A stretch of DNA of 64,000 nt from Acidobacteriota bacterium (GTDB lineage Bacteria > Acidobacteriota > UBA6911 > RPQK01 > DATIPO01), in NCBI GenBank assembly GCA_035471785.1, contig DATIPQ010000017.1:79115-143114 (forward strand), in the 5' to 3' direction. Of the stretch, positions 60,813 through 64,000 are shown one piece after another; the stretch's first letter is position 1; the number at the start of each line of letters is the position of its first letter. The position numbers and the translations under genes are program-made. The notes under the pieces were generated by a model. The model was not told where the DNA came from and did no database searches. It saw only the letters and a list, made by a program, of their open reading frames with translations.

Positions 60813-62204
60813 TCAGCCCAGGGCCGAGGACATCTCGCGCAGGCCCTTTTCGATGCGTTGCACGACTTCGGGAAGGGAAGGGGCGTCCACCGAGCAAAAG
60901 GCGATGCGCAGGTAGTTGGGGGCGATGGACACCAGGCCGGTGTCCTCGTGCTCCAGCAGGTGGAGGCGGACCTGGTTGCTGTCGAGGCTGCATTGGGACG
61001 GGAGCTGCAGGAGCGCGAAGCATCCGCTGTTGAAAGGCAGCGGACGGATGATCTCGGGGTCGGCCTCTCGAAGGGCCTGATGAAGCACGTCGTGGCGCTC
61101 TTGCAGGCAGCGGCGGACGGCCTCAACCTCGAGCTCGACGTCCGGGTGCTGCAGGCCTTTCAAGAGCAGCAGTTGAGTGGTGGCGGAGGGAGAGCCGACG
61201 CCCGAACGCACCAGCGACTTGACCTTGCTTTCCAGGGCTTGGAAGGCGGGCGAGTCGGGGGACAGTCCGAAGGTGAGGAAGCCCACGCGTCCGCCGAAGA
61301 AGCTGAATTCCTTGGTGGCCCCGTCCAGCTTGATGGGGATGAGGTTGTCGTGAGCGCCCACCAGCTCCCAAAAGAGCGAACGCCTGGGGATGTCGTCTTG
61401 AAAGACCAGTCCGGCGTAGGCGTCGTCGCATACCACTATCAGCGGACGCTCATCAGCCAGCCGCAGCAGCGACCGGCGCACGGCCTGACGCTCTTCTTGA
61501 GTGGGCGAGTAGCCCCCGGGGTTGGAGGGCAGGTTGAGCACCGCCAAGGCCGGGCGCCCGTCCTCGGCGTTCTCCAGGCACTCGGCAATGGCTTCGGTGT
61601 TGTAGCGTCCCCGGCGGTAGAAAGGCGCCGACAGCACCACTCCTCCCCGGCGCATGGCGAAGGTTTGGCGGTAGTTGCCCCAGAAGGGCGCCGGAACCGC
61701 AATCGGCGTCCCCTCGCTGACGAAGAGTTCGCCCACCAGGTTGAGCCCGTGGGTCAGGCCCAGGGTGACCAGAGGCAAGGACGAAGCAACGTCGTCATCG
61801 ACCTGGCGGCGCTGCCAATCCCTCCAGGCCTGGCGCACCTCAGGACGTCCGGGAGGCGGCGAATAGAGCATGGCCCGGTTGCGCTCTTGCCGCTCCAGTC
61901 CCTGCAGGGCCGCGGCGATTGAGGGCAGCGCCAGGATCTCTCCGTGCCCGTTGGTGACCTGTCCGATGGTGGCGTTGAAGGCCTTGCCGCGGGCCTGCTC
62001 GGCCTGGACGGGGATGTCGGGCGGGAAAAAGGCCGCTCTCCCCAAGGGAGAAAGACATTGAAAGAGCAGAGGAGCCTCGCGCTCCAGAAGCGAATTGAGT
62101 TGTTCCACCGTTTGCGCCATGGCAGCCGATTGTACAGCATGGCGTTGCGGTCCAGAAGAGGGTCGGCCGATGGGGTCATCCAGGCGACCTGCAGGCTCAG
62201 GCAA
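60813..62204 (-). CDS. Pyridoxal-phosphate-dependent aminotransferase, class I/II fold.
   Basis: LNLPSNPGGYSPT...LIVVCDDAYAGLVF...KEFSFFGGRVGFLTF are typical aminotransferase class I/II segments. The track start is TTG at 62204. An internal ATG near 62120 (MAQTVEQLNSLLE) is an alternative start. Confidence 0.65.
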   Translation of the reverse strand: MPEPAGRLDDPIGRPSSGPQRHAVQSAAMAQTVEQLNSLLEREAPLLFQCLSPLGRAAFFPPDIPVQAEQARGKAFNATIGQVTNGHGEILALPSIAAALQGLERQERNRAMLYSPPPGRPEVRQAWRDWQRRQVDDDVASSLPLVTLGLTHGLNLVGELFVSEGTPIAVPAPFWGNYRQTFAMRRGGVVLSAPFYRRGRYNTEAIAECLENAEDGRPALAVLNLPSNPGGYSPTQEERQAVRRSLLRLADERPLIVVCDDAYAGLVFQDDIPRRSLFWELVGAHDNLIPIKLDGATKEFSFFGGRVGFLTFGLSPDSPAFQALESKVKSLVRSGVGSPSATTQLLLLKGLQHPDVELEVEAVRRCLQERHDVLHQALREADPEIIRPLPFNSGCFALLQLPSQCSLDSNQVRLHLLEHEDTGLVSIAPNYLRIAFCSVDAPSLPEVVQRIEKGLREMSSALG

Positions 62205-62321
62205 AAAGCTGAGGTGTCACAAATTGTGAGGGGCCTGCCCGACATTTTGTTAGGGCGGCGCGGTAGTCTTTTTGGTAGAGTTGCGGACTTCGAGCAAGGA
62301 GCAACCAACGAGGAGCAAGAT

Positions 62322-63341
62322 ATGGGACGGGATCGGGCGCTTTCCCTCATACAACCCACCGGCAAGGGCCAACTGCACATCGGCAATTACTTCGGAGCCA
62401 TCCGCAACTGGGTCAAGCTGCAAGAGCACTACGACTGCATCTTCGGAGCGGTGGATTATCACGCCATCACCGTCGATTTCGATCCCAAGACGCTGCCTCG
62501 CCAGTCGATGGACATCATCACCGATTTGATCGCCTGCGGCATCGATCCTCAGCGTTCCACCGTGATGATCCAGTCCCACGTGCCCGAACACACCGAGTTG
62601 TGCTGGATCTTCAACTGCGTGGCCGCCTACGGCGACGTGCAGCGCATGACCCAATTCAAGGACAAGGCCGAAGAGCAGGCCTACGTCACCGTGGGCCTCT
62701 TCGACTACCCGGTGCTGCAAGCCGCCGACATCCTCATCTACAAGGCCAAGGCGGTCCCCGTGGGCCAGGATCAGGATCAGCACCTGGAACTGACCCGGGG
62801 GATCGCCCAGAAGTTCAATACCCGCTTCGGAGAGGTCTTTCCCATCCCCTACACCGGGGCCAAGCTGCGCCACATGCACGACCTCCGGGGAGCCAAGATC
62901 GTCTCTCCCGCCGATCCCGAGAAGAAGATGAGCAAGAGCCTGGGAGACAAGCACTGCATCTTCGTGATGGAAGAGGAGAAGGCCATCCGCAAGAAGATCC
63001 GCTCGGCGGTTACCGACATGGGTCCGGCCGACGTCAGCGGCGACAAGTCTCCCGGCGTGGCCAACCTGTTTCACCTGCTGGAATTGACCGCGCCCCCGTC
63101 GGTGGTGGACGAATTCGAGTCCGCCTACCGCGCCGAGACCCTCAAGTACGTCGAACTCAAAGACGCTGTCTTCGAGCACCTGATGGAGGAGTTGCGTCCG
63201 GTGCGGGAGCGCAAGCGGGAACTGGAAAGCGATCCCGAGACGATCCGGACCATTATCCGGGAAGGCAGCGAGAAAGCCCGGCAGATGGCGCGTGAAACCC
63301 TGTCCGAGGTGCGCAAGCTGCTGGGCGTAGGCCCCATTTGA
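62322..63341 (+). CDS. trpS: Tryptophan--tRNA ligase.
   Basis: ATG at 62322, in frame within track ORF 61944. Class I aaRS HIGH-type motif TGKGQLHIGNYFGA and KMSKS motif (KKMSKSLGD). Confidence 0.9.
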   Translation: MGRDRALSLIQPTGKGQLHIGNYFGAIRNWVKLQEHYDCIFGAVDYHAITVDFDPKTLPRQSMDIITDLIACGIDPQRSTVMIQSHVPEHTELCWIFNCVAAYGDVQRMTQFKDKAEEQAYVTVGLFDYPVLQAADILIYKAKAVPVGQDQDQHLELTRGIAQKFNTRFGEVFPIPYTGAKLRHMHDLRGAKIVSPADPEKKMSKSLGDKHCIFVMEEEKAIRKKIRSAVTDMGPADVSGDKSPGVANLFHLLELTAPPSVVDEFESAYRAETLKYVELKDAVFEHLMEELRPVRERKRELESDPETIRTIIREGSEKARQMARETLSEVRKLLGVGPI

Positions 63342-63471
63342 GGACCGTTGAGCAGGCCGGGTAGTCGGGCGTCCAAGTGCGAAGTGCGAGTTGCGAACTG
63401 CGGAGTGGTTCGGTTGGTACTTGCAACAAACTCGACTTGCAGTTTTCCGTGGGCCTTGCCACTATGAGGCC

Positions 63472-64000
63472 ATGAAGAGACCAAGCACTTGGGTGACGAT
63501 CACCACGTTGACGGGTTTGAGCCTGGCCATTTTGGCCGGAGCTCAGCAGATGGATGTGACCTTGCCGGCCACGGGGGACGATGAGCTTCCGCCGGCTTTG
63601 CTGGGTGAGGACCCGCCCTTGCAGGGGGAATCGGTGGCCTATGATCCTGGGGATTCCCAGGCCATGGGATACCTGGCGCTGCCCGACGAAGCAGGGCCGC
63701 ATGGCGGAGTCATCTTGATTCATGAGTGGAACGGACTGGTCGACCGCGTCCGGCGGGTGGCCGACGCCCTGGCAGCCGAAGGCTACGTGGCGCTGGCCGC
63801 CGACCTCTATTCGGGACGCACCGGCAGCAACCGCGAAGAGAACATGGCGCTGGTGCGGGAGACGCGCTCCAATCCCGAGAGGATGATCGCCAACCTGGAC
63901 GCCGCCGCGCGCTTCCTCAGGGAACGCGACGACGTCTCCGGCAAGATCGCCGCCATGGGGTGGTGCTTCGGGGGAGGAGTGGCTCTCAGCTACGCGCTGG
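63472..64000 (+). CDS. Dienelactone hydrolase family protein (secreted), 3'-truncated by the window end.
   Basis: ATG at 63472. Signal peptide MKRPSTWVTITTLTGLSLAILAGAQQ. DLH-like segments GVILIHEWNGL, ALAADLY, AAMGWCFGGG. No stop before 64000, so it is absent from the track. Confidence 0.55.
   Translation, partial: MKRPSTWVTITTLTGLSLAILAGAQQMDVTLPATGDDELPPALLGEDPPLQGESVAYDPGDSQAMGYLALPDEAGPHGGVILIHEWNGLVDRVRRVADALAAEGYVALAADLYSGRTGSNREENMALVRETRSNPERMIANLDAAARFLRERDDVSGKIAAMGWCFGGGVALSYAL

Overview
This is a high-GC window, densely coding on both strands, and it looks like a chromosomal segment from an Acidobacteria-type genome. The evidence for that placement is: two FtsX/MacB-type permeases of the ADOP kind (Acidobacterial duplicated orphan permease; 1..548 partial, 41864..44272); two large outer-membrane proteins combining a carboxypeptidase-regulatory-like domain with a TonB-dependent-receptor-like barrel; a GWxTD protein; a DUF349 protein; and a Ser/Thr kinase fused to an FGE-sulfatase domain. 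The housekeeping genes present are uvrC, recG, htpG, trpS, an aa3-type cytochrome c oxidase (coxA-coxC-coxD, two small ORFs, coxB), a MATE efflux pump, crcB, a LOG-family protein, an SDR and several methyltransferases. I found no rRNA, tRNA, CRISPR array, transposase or integrase.

The most unusual content is a block of four translationally coupled genes, all with signal peptides: a DUF4384 protein, a trypsin-like serine protease, a caspase (C14) protein carrying PEGA, PDZ and TPR domains, and a TPR/beta-propeller protein. It lies directly downstream of a receptor Ser/Thr kinase whose periplasmic part is an FGE-sulfatase domain (49.6-58.7 kb).

Other notable items:
- a PspA/YjfJ - YjfI-like - tandem DUF350 - membrane-anchored SpeE-like - DUF4178 cluster (4.5-9.4 kb);
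- an amicyanin-like blue-copper lipoprotein transcribed divergently from the oxidase operon, whose CoxB has no fused cytochrome c;
- a putative phospholipid head-group synthesis/modification cluster (44.4-48.8 kb);
- several repeat families: REP-like palindromic units flanking a 3-gene block, a 4-copy motif with a perfect 23-bp inverted pair after uvrC, 20-bp tandem repeats upstream of crcB, and an in-frame 18-nt repeat encoding GAIWTD five times;
- a sigma-54-like -24/-12 element with two upstream 6-2-6 palindromes ahead of one TonB-like gene.

The ORF track renders GTG/TTG starts as M, so several 5' ends were re-placed at an internal ATG. Many long antisense ORFs are ordinary high-GC shadow frames and are rejected below.
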